From Macrostomum lignano (lineage: Eukaryota): a stretch of 64,000 nucleotides of DNA. The notes beneath the pieces were generated by a model. The model was not told where the DNA came from, ran no database searches, and saw nothing but the letters and a program-made list of their open reading frames with translations. Both the position numbers and the translations under genes were made by a program. The DNA is taken from the NCBI GenBank assembly GCA_002269645.1, contig NIVC01002209.1, forward strand, positions 128,105 to 192,104, written 5' to 3'. Below, one piece after another: positions 1 through 12,547 of the stretch (within the stretch, counting starts at the first letter, position 1; every line of letters begins with the position of its first letter).

Positions 1-833
1 AGTTTGTTTAAATACACCAAATGTTTGTTATAATATGGTAAAATCATTTGTTTTAATGCACAAAATAAAATGGGGAAATATTTTTTGTTATAAAAGTATC
101 AGGGGTAAATATAGGAGCAATTTTATAGCAAATAAACTCTAACTGTCTGTGACCTGTGAGCAAAACATTGCCAACAAAATAGCAGTTCAATCTATACATT
201 TTAAAGTCTTTTAAGTTTAATAGTGACTTATTCATTTACAAAAGCTGAGAGCAGTACCAAGAAACTTGCTAAGAGAAGGGAATTGGGGAATAATTTGCAG
301 AAGCATACTAAGAGAGACGCCGTGACCCTCTAGTCTCAGTGAACGCCCAGATTAGGACTATTTACTAAATACATGTACCAATACTAGACCACTCAGGCCA
401 TAAGCTACAAGAATGCTACCAGAAATGCTACTAAGAATGCTACCCAGAAATATTTGAATGAAGGCATTAAGGCATTAAGGCAAGATTTAGTGTCAGCAGT
501 AGAAATTTAATAGAGGAAATCATAAACCTGTAACAACTTTGGTGGCAATTAGTGGGATAATTGGAGGACAGAAGTAAGCCCTACAACATAAATAACTAAG
601 AAAATATATAAAAAATTCTTTTTTGATATAGGTCTCTTTCTGAAAAAACATCATTTTAGCTCACACATTCAAAATGTACAAAATTTTGCCATGGCTCATC
701 TGTTCCATTTTTGCTTACAATTTTAATATACAATATTTAAAATTCTAAGGGGAAATATAGAACCTCAAAAAACCCTAGTAAAAGGATAAAAGGTGGATAT
801 CGTTCTTAATTTAAAAAAATACTAAGAACTTAC

Positions 834-1027
834 CTAAAATTTCTTGGATCCTTTGGTTTGAGCAAACTTGGAAATGTTGATAAAAATCCATGAGTAAAAA
901 GGTGCAGGTAGTAAACTGCCATTTTAATTCTGTATCTGACAATTGAAGGAAGTCGAGGAAAAATTATGGCATAGAACAGATAGCCAGAGATGGTGATTCC
1001 GAAGGCGTAAATTAAGAACTCTAACAT
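834..1027 (-). CDS. First coding exon of a 1-acylglycerol-3-phosphate acyltransferase (AGPAT1/2-like); the rest of the gene lies at lower coordinates or outside the window
   Basis: ATG at 1027-1025; donor AG|GTAAG at 834/833 (phase 2). The peptide MLEFLIYAFGITISGYLFYAIIFPRLPSIVRYRIKMAVYYLHLF...LLKPKDPRNFR has a TM anchor. It resembles from memory the AGPAT1/2 N-terminus (PSAKYFFKMAFY...RGRNVENM). The catalytic domain was not seen. Confidence 0.55.
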
Positions 1028-2682
1028 TTTTCTCACTTCCGTACGCCCGCGTAACCGTAAACTCTTCTTAATAGATGAACGAAATACGGTTACACCCTAC
1101 TAGGCTTAGGCTTATTCTTTTTATTGTGGTATGGTAAAAAGTAAATGAACTTTGGACAACAGCTAAAAACGTTAAGTCAAGATGTTATAAAATGGATCAA
1201 AAAATGCCTATTCTGCTCATTGAAAACTTCTATGCAAGTTGAACCAGTTTTTAACCCACAGATGTGGTCTGCACTATTATTAACCAATTAAAGGAGAGTA
1301 TTTCAGAACACAAGCAGGCGCGAAGTAAACAATTTTAGCAGTTTAACAAAATCCAGCCAAATATTAATTTAAAAAATATTTATTGCTATATGTACCTAAT
1401 TTTTAAAAATAAAAAACTAGTTTTATGTGTTTCTATGAGACATTTAATCTTATAATACTATATTTCGCTTCTGATTCTGCGGCCGTACAGTTCCGTAAAA
1501 GTAAAAATTAACAAATGGGTAGGATATTTAACAAGGGATGTATTTTGTGTTTAAAATGTTTTTCGGGGACCACCTAACAGAAATATAAAAATTGTATTAA
1601 AAATTACCAAATGGAACTACAACTTTCTTTTTTCTACAAGTTTTGACTCCCAAGATTCGCCTTAACCGAATTTAAAGCCAGCTATTTAAACAATCAGTTA
1701 AAAATAATAGCCTACGCATTAAATAATATAAGAGATCTTTGAAGATCGTAAAAAATATAATTAAATTGAAAAAAATTAAAACTAGAGCTAATGCATTTAG
1801 TTGCAACACAAAGCTATCTCTAAAACAATAAGGCTATTTTGTTATACATTTTAAAAATCTTACGATCAGGCTTGAAAGCGAATAGGCAATGGGGGCAAAG
1901 GCAAAGCTAACCGATGGTAGGAGGCCGACTTTAAAGTGGATAATAACAAAACAACCAGTCAAACGATCCACATAATTCAATAAAAATGTAGTTCAGGCCA
2001 TAGCTAACAGCGAAAAGCTAATCGTAGCGTAAACTTAACATTAGCATATAAAAATTCCGTCGATAGTTGTCCGTTACTCAATTTGCATGGAACACAATAC
2101 ATGCATGTGCATATAGCTACTGTATTTTGAAGAAAATCATAATCACAACCTCCATGTACTCACGAGCTATTACGTTAATATAATATAGCTTATTGACAGC
2201 TACCGAACAATTTACCAAACTATTTCTGTCAGATAAGGCGCCAGAAATCTGTCAGATAGATCAGCTGTGTCAACTGATTGATTCACAAAATAAAAAAAGG
2301 CTAGTGAATTTTTTACAATAGCTAATTTACACATGTATTGCGAATAGAAGGCTCGCTAAAAGTCTGCCAGCGATGCATTCGGTATATATTTTTCGTTAAT
2401 ACACTATGAAATAGCAAGAATTTCTGATGAAGCGCACAGGTTTGCACGTCAATTCTAACAGAAGGTATAATTTCAGAATACAAAAATTTCGTCACAAAAT
2501 AAGAACTGACAATTAATCCTCTTGTAAAACAACAACAACAGAACAATACACATTCCAACTCTAGGGAGCAGTAGAACACAATTGCACAAAAAATTTAAAA
2601 TGAAATAAAATAAATACTTGTACACAGATTTGGTTAAACATAAAAAACTGTCGTATTTTATGACTAGATTGATACAGATTAG

Positions 2683-5600
2683 CTACTGACAGCCAAGTCC
2701 CGCAATCCTGATGCCCTCCTGTTCCAGCACTTCGCGAACAATTTCAAAATTATCAGTCCGAGTGTTGGCGATTCGACTGTTCAGCTCGCGAGCCGAGGTG
2801 AGGGCGGCCTGCGCGCGGAGAACGAAAATAAAATAATAATATTACTATGGTAGTTAGTAGTAGCAGTAGTAGTAGTAGTAGTATTAGTATTCGTAGTATT
2901 CGTAGTAGTAGTAGCAATATTCTATCAGTGGTATCAACACTCCTTACCCTTTTTCTCTCTAAACTGGATGGCAAATGAAGGTCAAAAGATGGCGCACTTG
3001 ATGTCTGACTGGAGTTGCCAGCGGCTGGTCTGTGAAAATGAGAAACAAACAAATCAATACTTTGCATATACTGATTTAGAATCAATTGCGCCTTTAAAGC
3101 CATGGATGGCATCTCAGAAACTCTCCAATCATCCATGGCATCTCAGCAACTCCCCCATTGAGCCAATTGGCATCTCAGCAACTCCCCCATTGAGCCATGG
3201 CATCTCAGCAACTCCTCCATTGAGCCATGGCATCTCAGCTACTCCCCCACTGAGCCATGGCGTCTCAGCTACTCCCCCATTGAGCCAATTGGCATCTCAG
3301 CTACTCCCCCATTGAGCCAATTGGCATCTCAGCTACTCCCCCATTGAGCCAATTGGCATCTCAGCAACTCCCCATTGAGCCAATGGCATCTCAGCAACTC
3401 CCCCATTGAGCCAATGGCATCTCAGCAACTCCCCCATTGAGCCATGGCATCTCAGCAACTCCTCATTGAGCCAATTGGCATCTCACCAACTCCCCCATTG
3501 AGCCAATGGCATCTCAGCAACTCCTCATTGAGCCAATGGCATCTCACCAACTCCCCCATTTGGCCAATTGGCATCTCAGCAACTCCCCCATTGAGCCATG
3601 GCATCTCAGCAACTCCCCCATTGAGCCAATTGGCATCTCAGCAACTCCTCATTGAGCCAATGGCATCTCAGCAACTCCCCCATTGAGCCAATTGGCATCT
3701 CAGCAACTCCCCCATTGAGCCATGGCATCTCAGCAACTCCCCCATTTGGCCAATTGGTATCTCAGCAACTCCCCCATTGAGCCAATTGGCATCTCAGCAA
3801 CTCCTCCATTGAGCCAATTAGCATCTCAGCAACTCCCCCATTGAGCCAATTGGCATCTCAGCAACTCCCCCCCATTGAGCCAATTGGCATCTCAGCAACT
3901 CCCCCCCATTGAGCCAATTGGCATCTCAGCAACTCCCCCCCCATTGAGCCAATTGGCATCTCACCAACTCCCCCATTGAGCCAATTAGCATCTCAGCAAC
4001 TCCCCCATTGAGCCAATGGCATCTCACCAACTCCTCATTGAGCCAATGGCATCTCACCAACTCCTCATTGAGACATGGCATCTAAGCAACTCCTCATTGA
4101 GCCAATGGCATCTCAGCAACTCCTCATTGAGCCAATTGGCATCTCACCAACTCCCCCATTGAGCCAATTAGCATCTCAGCAACTCCCCCATTGAGCCAAT
4201 GGCATCTCACCAACTCCCCCATTGAGCCAATTGGCATCTCACCAACTCCCCCATTGAGCCAATTGGCATCTCACCAACTCCCCCATTGAGCCAATTAGCA
4301 TCTCAGCAACTCCCCCATTGAGCCAATGGCATCTCACCAACTCCTCATTGAGCCAATGGCATCTCACCAACTCCTCATTGAGCCATGGCATCTCAGCAAC
4401 TCCTCATTGAGCCAATTGGCATCTCACCAACTCCCCCATTGAGCCAATTAGCATCTCAGCAACTCCCCCATTGAGCCAATGGCATCTCAGCAACTCCCCC
4501 ATTGAGCCAATGGCATCTCACCAACTCCCCCATTGAGCCAATTGGCATCTCAGCAACTCCCCCATTGAGCCAATTGGCATCTCAGCAACTCCCCCATTGA
4601 GCCAATTGGCATCTCAGCAACTCCCCCATTGAGCCAATTGGCATCTCACCAACTCCCCCATTGAGCCAATTGGCATCTCACCAACTCCCCCATTGAGCCA
4701 ATGGCATCTCAGCAACTCCCATTGAGCCAATGGCATCTCACCAAACCCCCTTATTGAGCCAATGGCATCTCAGCAACTCCCCCATTGAGCCAATGGCATC
4801 TCAGCAACTCCCCCATTGAGCCATGGCATCTCAGCAACTCCTCATTGAGCCAATTGGCATCTCACCAACTCCCCCATTGAGCCAATGGCATCTCAACAAC
4901 TCTCCCATTGAGACATGGCATCTAAGCAACTCCTCATTGAGCCAATGGCATCTCAGCAACTCCTCATTGAGCCAATTGGCATCTCAGCAACTCCTCATTG
5001 AGCCAATGGCATCTCAGCAACTCTCCCATTGAGACATGGCATCTAAGCAACTCCTCATTGAGCCAATGGCATCTCAGCAACTCCTCATTGAGCCATGGCA
5101 TCTAAGCAACTCTCCCCCATTGAGCCAATGGCATCTCACCAACTCCCCCATTGAGCCAATTGGCATCTCACCAACTCCCCCATTGAGCCAATTGGCATCT
5201 CACCAACTCCCCCATTGAGCCAATTAGCATCTCAGCAACTCCCCCATTGAGCCAATGGCATCTCACCAACTCCTCATTGAGCCAATGGCATCTCACCAAC
5301 TCCTCATTGAGACATGGCATCTCAGCAACTCCTCATTGAGCCAATTGGCATCTCACCAACTCCCCCATTGAGCCAATTAGGCATCTCAGCAACTCCCCCA
5401 TTGAGCCAATGGCATCTCAGCAACTCCCCCATTGAGCCAATGGCATCTCAGCAACTCCCCCATTGAGCCAATTGGCATCTCAGCAACTCCCCCATTGAGC
5501 CAATTGGCATCTCAGCAACTCCCCCATTGAGCCAATTGGCATCTCAGCAACTCCCCCATTGAGCCAATTGGCATCTCACCAACTCCCCCATTGAGCCAAT

Positions 5601-7601
5601 TGGCATCTCACCAACTCCCCCATTGAGCCAATGGCATCTCACCAACTCCCATTGAGCCAATGGCATCTCACCAACTCCCCTTATTGAGCCAATGGCATCT
5701 CAGCAACTCCCCCATTGAGCCAATGGCATCTCAGCAACTCCCCCATTGAGCCAATGGCATCTCAGCAACTCCTCATTGAGCCAATTGGCATCTCACCAAC
5801 TCCCCCATTGAGCCATGGCATCTCAGCAACTCCCCCATTGAGCCAATTGGCATCTCAGCAACTCCCCCATTGAGCCAATTGGCATCTCAGCAACTCCCCC
5901 ATTGAGCCAATTGGCATCTCAGCAACTCCCATTGAGCCAATTGGCATCTCACAACTCCCCCATTGAGCCAATGGCATCTCAACAACTCTCCCATTGAGCC
6001 AATGGCATCTCAAGCAACTCCTCATTGAGCCAATGGCATCTCAGCAACTCCTCATTGAGCCAATGGCATCTCAGCAACTCCTCATTGAGCCAATGGCATC
6101 TCAGCAACTCCTCATTGAGCCAATGGCATCTCAGCAACTCCTCATTGAGCCAATGGCATCTCAGCAACTCCTCATTGAGCCATGGCATCTAAGCAACTCC
6201 TCATTGAGCCAATGGCATCTCAGCAACTCCTCATTGAGCCAATGGCATCTCAGCAACTCCTCATTGAGCCATGGCATTCACTGCTCACATCATCACGTCC
6301 TGATCCACACTGTTAGTCCGACTGTGCGTTCTCAAGGAGCCGTAGGAGAAGCCCGAAGGGTTCCGACAGTGAGCTCCGGGTGCAGTAGCAGGCACCGCAG
6401 ACGACTCCAATAGCATCGCAGTTGGTGCAATCAGATGATCGGCAGTTGCCAGGGCGATATCTGTCGAATCCAAAGGTTTAACCGAGTTTGAACAGGTAGC
6501 AGAGGTTGCAGCTGCTGCTGTTGCAGTTGTCGCCATCGCAACTGATACTGAGGCGGCAACTCCATGCGGGTTATTGTTAGCAACAGGCTGAGAGACCGCA
6601 GCAAGCCGGCGAACTCCCAGCCTCAGGGTGCTGTTATCCAGCCTCTGTCGCTGATTATACGGACTCAATATACAGCTGTGCTCGGCTGCTGTTGAGCAAG
6701 TGGAATCGGCCGCATTGCTGCCGAGTAGTTCGGTTAAATTGAGCACAGCAAAACCCAGCTTGGAATAAGATCGGCCGCCTCGCTCCTCTTTGCGAACCGA
6801 GACACGAAGCACGATGGGAGGTCCGGGGCCGCCCAGATGACAGGCAAATTCCATGGGACCCTGGTCTGACCAGGCCACCTGCAAGGGGGGGTCCAAGGCT
6901 AGTGTTACGAAGGAGTTATGACACTAATTAGTGTTATGAATGTGTTATGACACTGGCTAGTGTTATGAAGGTGTTATGACACTAATTAGTGTTATGAATG
7001 TGTTATGACACTGGCTAGTGCTATGAAGGTGTTATGACACTAATTAGTGTTATGAATGTGTTATGACACTAGCTAGTGTTATGGTGTTACAACACAAATT
7101 AGTGTTATGAAGGTATGTTATGACACTGGCTAGTGTTATGAAGGTGTTACAACACAAATTAGTGTTATGAAGGTATGTTATGACACTGGCTAGTGTTATG
7201 AAGGTGTTATGACACTAGTGTTATTAATCAAGGTGTTATGACAGTGGTTAGTGTCAAGCAAGTAGTTTTGGTATGGCTGATTAGTTATAACTAGTTGTTT
7301 TTTAACTGAATACACTGTTCCGTCAGTGATGATGTAATTAGCTCGTAGTAATTAATAATTAATGCTAGACAACTGACCAATAAAATATAAGTCACAAGCC
7401 ACTAACCTTATTGTCTCGAATCTCTCTACGGGTTGAGTAGGCGCAGAACCTACCGCCACTGAGCAGGCGCACCTTGGCAAACAGAACCCCATTGCTGAGG
7501 GTAACACCTTCAAGCTCAATTAGCTGCAGTTGAACTCGCTGCTTTCGAGGACTCCTGCCTTGACCTCGGCCACTCAGGCTGGGTCGAGAGCAGCAGAGCA
7601 T
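2683..7601 (-). CDS. EEIG1: EEIG1/FAM102 family protein (N-terminal NT-C2 domain), 4 coding exons, about 330 aa
   Basis: Exons 7601-7407, 6878-6289, 3029-2948, 2808-2683 (993 nt, phases 0/2/0 consistent, all GT-AG). Motifs GVLFAKVRLLSGG, LRVSVRKEERGGRSYSKLGFAVLNL, QRLDNSTL and C-terminal SRIANTRTDNFEIVREVL match FAM102A/EEIG1. Confidence 0.9.
2830..2915. repeat. Degenerate (TAG/TAT)n microsatellite in the last EEIG1 intron
   Basis: Runs of tagtagtag and tattag seen directly. Confidence 0.8.
3105..6275. repeat. Minisatellite of about 30-32 bp (ccattgagccaa(t)tggcatctcagcaactcc(c/t)c), roughly 100 copies, filling EEIG1 coding intron 2
   Basis: Continuous tandem array occupying about 3.17 kb of the 3.26-kb intron 3030-6288; variant units of 29-34 bp. 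Confidence 0.97.
6899..7250. repeat. 29-bp minisatellite (tagtgttatgaaggtgttatgacac+taat/tggc), about 12 copies, in EEIG1 coding intron 1
   Basis: Tandem units alternate taat and tggc variants; the array starts about 20 bp from the splice acceptor at 6879. Confidence 0.9.
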
Positions 7602-8160
7602 GAATTAATATAGAAAAAAACTGTTTTCTAATAATCTAAATAAATTATGGAATGTTAACCTGGGCTTAACCCATGTGGTTAATCTGAAATTGGAAATTTA
7701 TAAAGAAAAATTTGCATTTTTAATAATTATTGAGTAATGATTTGACAGGTCAACTTAATATTGTTACATTGATATTTATACTATAGTATGGTATAATATA
7801 AATGCTATATTATTATTATTATTGCCTTTTACTTATACTGACACTTTCAGTAGAGTAGTGGATAAATTATCTGTATAATATATAATTGATCACATGATAT
7901 CTCTGGCTCTTTAATTAATTGATCATGCAATTTTCTAGAGTTGATAGAGTACCAATCGTGTAGTTTTTCTAAAGTGACAAAAATATAAATAAAGCAACAG
8001 TGCGCACCAGTCACATTACTTTCAACTACAACTAGAAACTTCAAGCAACTGATAGAAGACTAAATCATATTATTCTTCAACATGAGAACTAAAAAATTAT
8101 TAGACTCTAAACCATCAAGTCACCCTTTGAGACTGCTATGGGGGTGTAGCCCAGTATTTA

Positions 8161-8352
8161 TAGTTAAGTGCAGCACTCTGATGTGCCAGTGCAGTCACAT
8201 TAATTTTGGGCTAAATTGGAATCTTTGCTTGGCTCTGCAGCTCTGCTTGTGCAGTTAATTCCCTTGAAGGCCAACCGCCAAGGCACAGTGAAGTGTACAT
8301 GCCTAATAATGAATAAGTTAGGGCCACGCACATACACTCCTGTGTATGTGTG
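8161..8352 (+). mobile_element. tRNA-derived SINE, decayed partial copy (B-box deleted, CpGs mutated)
   Basis: Aligns by eye to 51850-52050 (gggctaaattggaatc...caaggcacagtgaagtgtacatgcctaa...ttagggcc...tacactcctgtgt). Confidence 0.85.
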
Positions 8353-9967
8353 ACTAAGTAAAATTTTAACTTGAATTCCCATACCCACACATAGCTTAAG
8401 CAGCATTTTTTAAGAATTTAATCGAAGATTGAGCTGAATGCAATATTTAACATTAACCTTGTATTAAAATAATAAGGGCATTATATAAATAAGCATTGAT
8501 TAATAAAAAAGTAAAGTATATAGACTTTCTTTATCTCCAAGAGATTGTAATGTTTCAGATCATAATGGCATCTGTTAAGATTGATAATGTATAATATGAT
8601 ACAATTATCAGAAGCATGTCATTTTTGCCAAATATACAAATTCAACCCCTTCTATCTAACAATATAGCTAGTATAGATTCATACAAAAAATCTATTTTAT
8701 ATCTGATTTAGATTAGACCTACATTATTATATTTTTACCTTTAAAGCACATTTAAAAGTTTTTTAATAGTATTCTAAAAGATTCTAAAGTGATACTTGTC
8801 CATATGCTTCTTTTGACAAAATAGTTTAACCTTGCACCATAATTTCAAGTCCATTTTTATTTTGTTCTTTTCTCTAAATGGGTAGAGTTTGTGATTAAAA
8901 AGTGGCTCATTAAAAAAATATAATACAAGCTACCAAAATATAGATCTGTAAACATCAAGCATCTATAGAGTTATCATGCTGAACCATCTAATGAGTAAAA
9001 AGTACATTCCTATAAACATCTTTCTTGTATACCTGAAAAGAGCGCAAAGTGCACAAATACATCATTTGTAGGAATAGTGCCTAAATTTTTAATATGGATA
9101 ATGGGGTGAAATCTAGTCAAGGTGTATCATTTATAGTGTTAACTGAAGTCAATATAACCAACAAAGGAACTTTTGGTCAAAGCTTCTTGCTATATTAATT
9201 GACAAATATAAGAAAACTTTTCAATGGAAATAATTTTGTTAGTTTAAAGGTGTTAGACACATTTTGTCCTCTATTTTGCTGAATTTTATTCTCAGACCAT
9301 TAATTTTATTGTATATTTTATATATTGTAGCACTTAAGCATATTAAGTTGAGCTCATGACAATAAAACTTGGAAATATAGGATAGAAGATTTTTGTTTGC
9401 TACTCATTGAGGTAGGCAAATCAATCTAGGTACAAATTGCTATCTTTCAATTCAATAGAAGATTTTATTCTACTATATGACTTTATTGCTAATGACAATG
9501 GCAACTTAGAACATTTAGTAAGAATGTTGTTGTCCTATAGCAAACTTTTGGTCAAGGGTTTAAAATGCCACAAAGGAGCAATTGAAGCATGCCATGGACC
9601 ATGTAATTTACAGGCTTTTCTAGCCTTGGCTTTGGGTATAAACAAAAAAATATGTAATATAAATATTATATATAATAAATAATTTTTTTAGTATACAAAT
9701 TTAATAAAAGGCCTGAAATATATTTATAATAAGTTTTTCCTAACAAATTTTGTAAGTTTGATAGGCATAGCTGCTTAACATATATTATTTCACTAATAAT
9801 AATACCAAAGTCTAGCTACCACTAAGCAAATATACTGAATTAATTACCTAGAATGTATGTATACAATTATAAATAGATAGTTTTATTTATCTTGTTTAGA
9901 ACTTTCATTTTTTAATAGAGCTTCTAATGTTTATATAGTAGAGGCCTATTTACTTATATAAGATTGG

Positions 9968-11120
9968 GGCAATCTCCTAGTTTACTGCATTAAATTATTT
10001 TCCCACTTTCAAAACTTTTCAGCCTACTTGCTGACTGCCCATATGGCTGGGAGGCCTAGAGCACCAACTACAATCATACCTGAGGCCAATTTGAGGCCTG
10101 CAGCTGAGCTTTGCAATATCAATTTAATACTGCATGAGCTGGTGCTATTCACGTTGGATGGCATAGCAACTATGCGCTGGCTGGCCACTTACAGGCTGCT
10201 CCTTAACTCTTGGGCTTGCGAACAATGCCTAGATGATCTGGCCATGTGACTATAGCAGCGAGATGGACTCCAGTTTATTGATGGCTATGCTTAGTCCTGC
10301 CCTACTTGCAAGATGCAGAAAGCAGTTACAAAGGGCAGCTTCTTTGAGGGCAGCCATCTCACTATCACCCAGCTGCTGGATTTCATCTACCTTTGGGCAT
10401 GCAGCCTGCCTATGCATTGGATTAAATGCCAGTGTCGCATCGTCTGCCAGATTGCCACAGACTGGGCCAATTTTTGTTGCAACATATGCTGCCAATACCT
10501 ACTAGACCATCCCATGGAACTTGGTGGCCTTGGTAGTGAGGTGGAGGTAGATAAGTCAAAGTTTTTCCACCGCAAGTACCAGCAAGATATAATAATAATA
10601 TGTAATATATAATAACATATATAATAATAATAATGAAGGATATTGAGTTCTTAGAATGGTGGAACGTGGCACCAACAAAGCCATGATAGTACTCATTCCG
10701 AACCACACTGCTCAAACACTTCTGCCCATTATCCAGCAGTACGTATTTCCTGGCACAAAGATACTGACTGATAGATGGCAGGCTTATAATGGCTTGCAGA
10801 ATCATGTGGCCGTCAATCATTGACTCTACTTCGTGGATCCCCACAATCTGACTATCCATACAAACACCATTGAAGGGTCATGGGCACACATCAAGGCCAA
10901 ATTTAGGGTGATGCATAGTACTAGCGACGCCCTGTTTGAGACCCACCTCAATAAGTACCTGTGGTGCCACCTCTTCCCAAAGGAGTTTGGGAACTTCTTA
11001 TATTGGGTTGTGCATAATTATTGACACTAGACTACCCTCTAACTACTGTCAACTGTTGAAATACATAACTTTTCATTTTCTACCCAAAAATAATTTAACG
11101 CAGTAAACTAGGAGATTGCC
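9968..11120 (+). mobile_element. Merlin (IS1595/ISXO2-like) DNA transposon, complete ends, transposase pseudogenised
   Basis: 34-bp TIR GGCAATCTCCTAGTTTACTGCATTAAATTATTTT with 1 mismatch; perfect 8-bp TSD AAGATTGG at 9960-9967 and 11121-11128. Transposase motifs GSFFEGSHL, GGLGSEVEVDKSKF.HRKY, MVERGT, ILTDRWQAY and HTNTIEGSW, interrupted by stops and an AT-rich insertion at about 10579-10632. Confidence 0.95.
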
Positions 11121-11923
11121 AAGATTGGCTTTCACTGATTCAATGTAGCATTTAGCATAATATTTTATATTTAGTATATGGATTTCACTTGCTATATATA
11201 TTCTAATAATGTCTATGAATTTTAAGATAAACAAAACAATTAGGCCTAGCAACTGTGAAGTTGCATTAATAAAATGATTTTGACTAGATAAGAAAGTAAT
11301 CTATTTTTTTAAGCCATAGGCCCTAGTATAACATAAGTCATATTCATAATAGGGGCCTAAATTATATTAAATAAGAATTAGGGCCTAGTCACTATTCATT
11401 ATAAAAAGAATTACAAATTTCAAAGGATTTATGGCTAAGCCCAGGACATTTTAATTGCTGCCATGACAAAATCTGCAAAAGCAATATTATATAGGCCTAT
11501 TGAGAATTTATTATAAATAGCATCAACACCAAGTTAGGCCTACCATCATAGGACATAGATCATAGATGCAGTGTTAGTAGTAAGATGCTCATTGCTCAAG
11601 CTCAACTTAGGGCTAACTTAGGCCCTAGTTTAAATTGTATAAAATAAAAGTTTGGTGACATAGATTAGGGCCTACAGCTATAGCCTAGCCAGGCCCTAGG
11701 CTAAGGGAAAAAGATGAATATGCAGAATATTTGGCTCTTAATGACTAGATCTACATCTACAGATCTAGATCTAAATCTACAGAGCTGTAAGTCTGTACGC
11801 CCTACATGAACGCATGAAATTCAAAAAGCAAAACTATTTTAAAAAACGTTTTTGTTATTTCTTTAATTTCCTGTGCATTCGAGTAAGGCCTATACTTTTT
11901 CAAAGCATTCTTCTGACGTTAAA

Positions 11924-12547
11924 GAGGCTTTTCATATTACCAATTCCAGAATCAGAATCGGCTCGGATCTTCCAAGAAAAACAGCAGTATAACTATTTAA
12001 TTCTGTTGAATGTTTGGACTGCCTTAACAACCTCACTTAACACAATTTTCACTTTCTTCTTGGCGATTGTCATTCAATAATAAAAACTTTATAGCACGTA
12101 TCTCCCTCTAGTTATGGAGATAAAAAGTTATACTTCACAAATTGGTTCTGGTTCTAGAACCAGAACAAGCAATATGAAGAGCCTCAAAGACAAAAGCTAT
12201 ACGAGCATACGCGAAGTAAGCAAAATTTCTAAGAAACGGTCATTTTAAATTTATGGATTTCTAACTCCCACGGGGGCTTTTCACATTACCAATTCCAGAA
12301 CCAGAATCGATTCGGATCTTCCAAGAAAAAAAGCAGTGTAACTATTTAACTTTGCTGAATGTTTGACTGCCTTACAGCTTCACTTTGCACAATTTTTCAC
12401 TTTCTTCTTGCCTATTGCCATTCAATAATCACAACTTTAGAGCACTTATATCCCTCTACTTATATCCCTCTAGTTTAGGAGACAAAAAGTTATACTTTAC
12501 AAATTGGATCTGGTTCTAGAACCAGAACAAGCAATATGAAAAGGCCT
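11924..12547 (+). repeat. Two direct copies of a ~260-270 bp unit (11924-12184 and 12273-12547), each with an 18-22 bp palindrome
   Basis: Colinear high similarity by eye; palindrome GTTCTGGTTCTAGAACCAGAAC at 12145-12166 and a one-mismatch copy at 12507-12528. Confidence 0.9.

Noticed and set aside
53-235. ORF as possible exon 2 of the AGPAT-like gene (TAG acceptor near 193 is phase-compatible)
   Set aside because: The peptide shows no recognisable acyltransferase motif (NHQS) and has no convincing donor; left unresolved.
2968-6413. ORFs with MASQQLLIEP / ISATPPLS repeats
   Set aside because: Translations of the intronic minisatellite on the non-coding strand; no splice or start context.
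9968-11120. Bacterial IS1595 contamination or recent horizontal transfer
   Set aside because: Embedded with a TSD in host DNA and decayed like its flanks; eukaryotic Merlin elements explain it.
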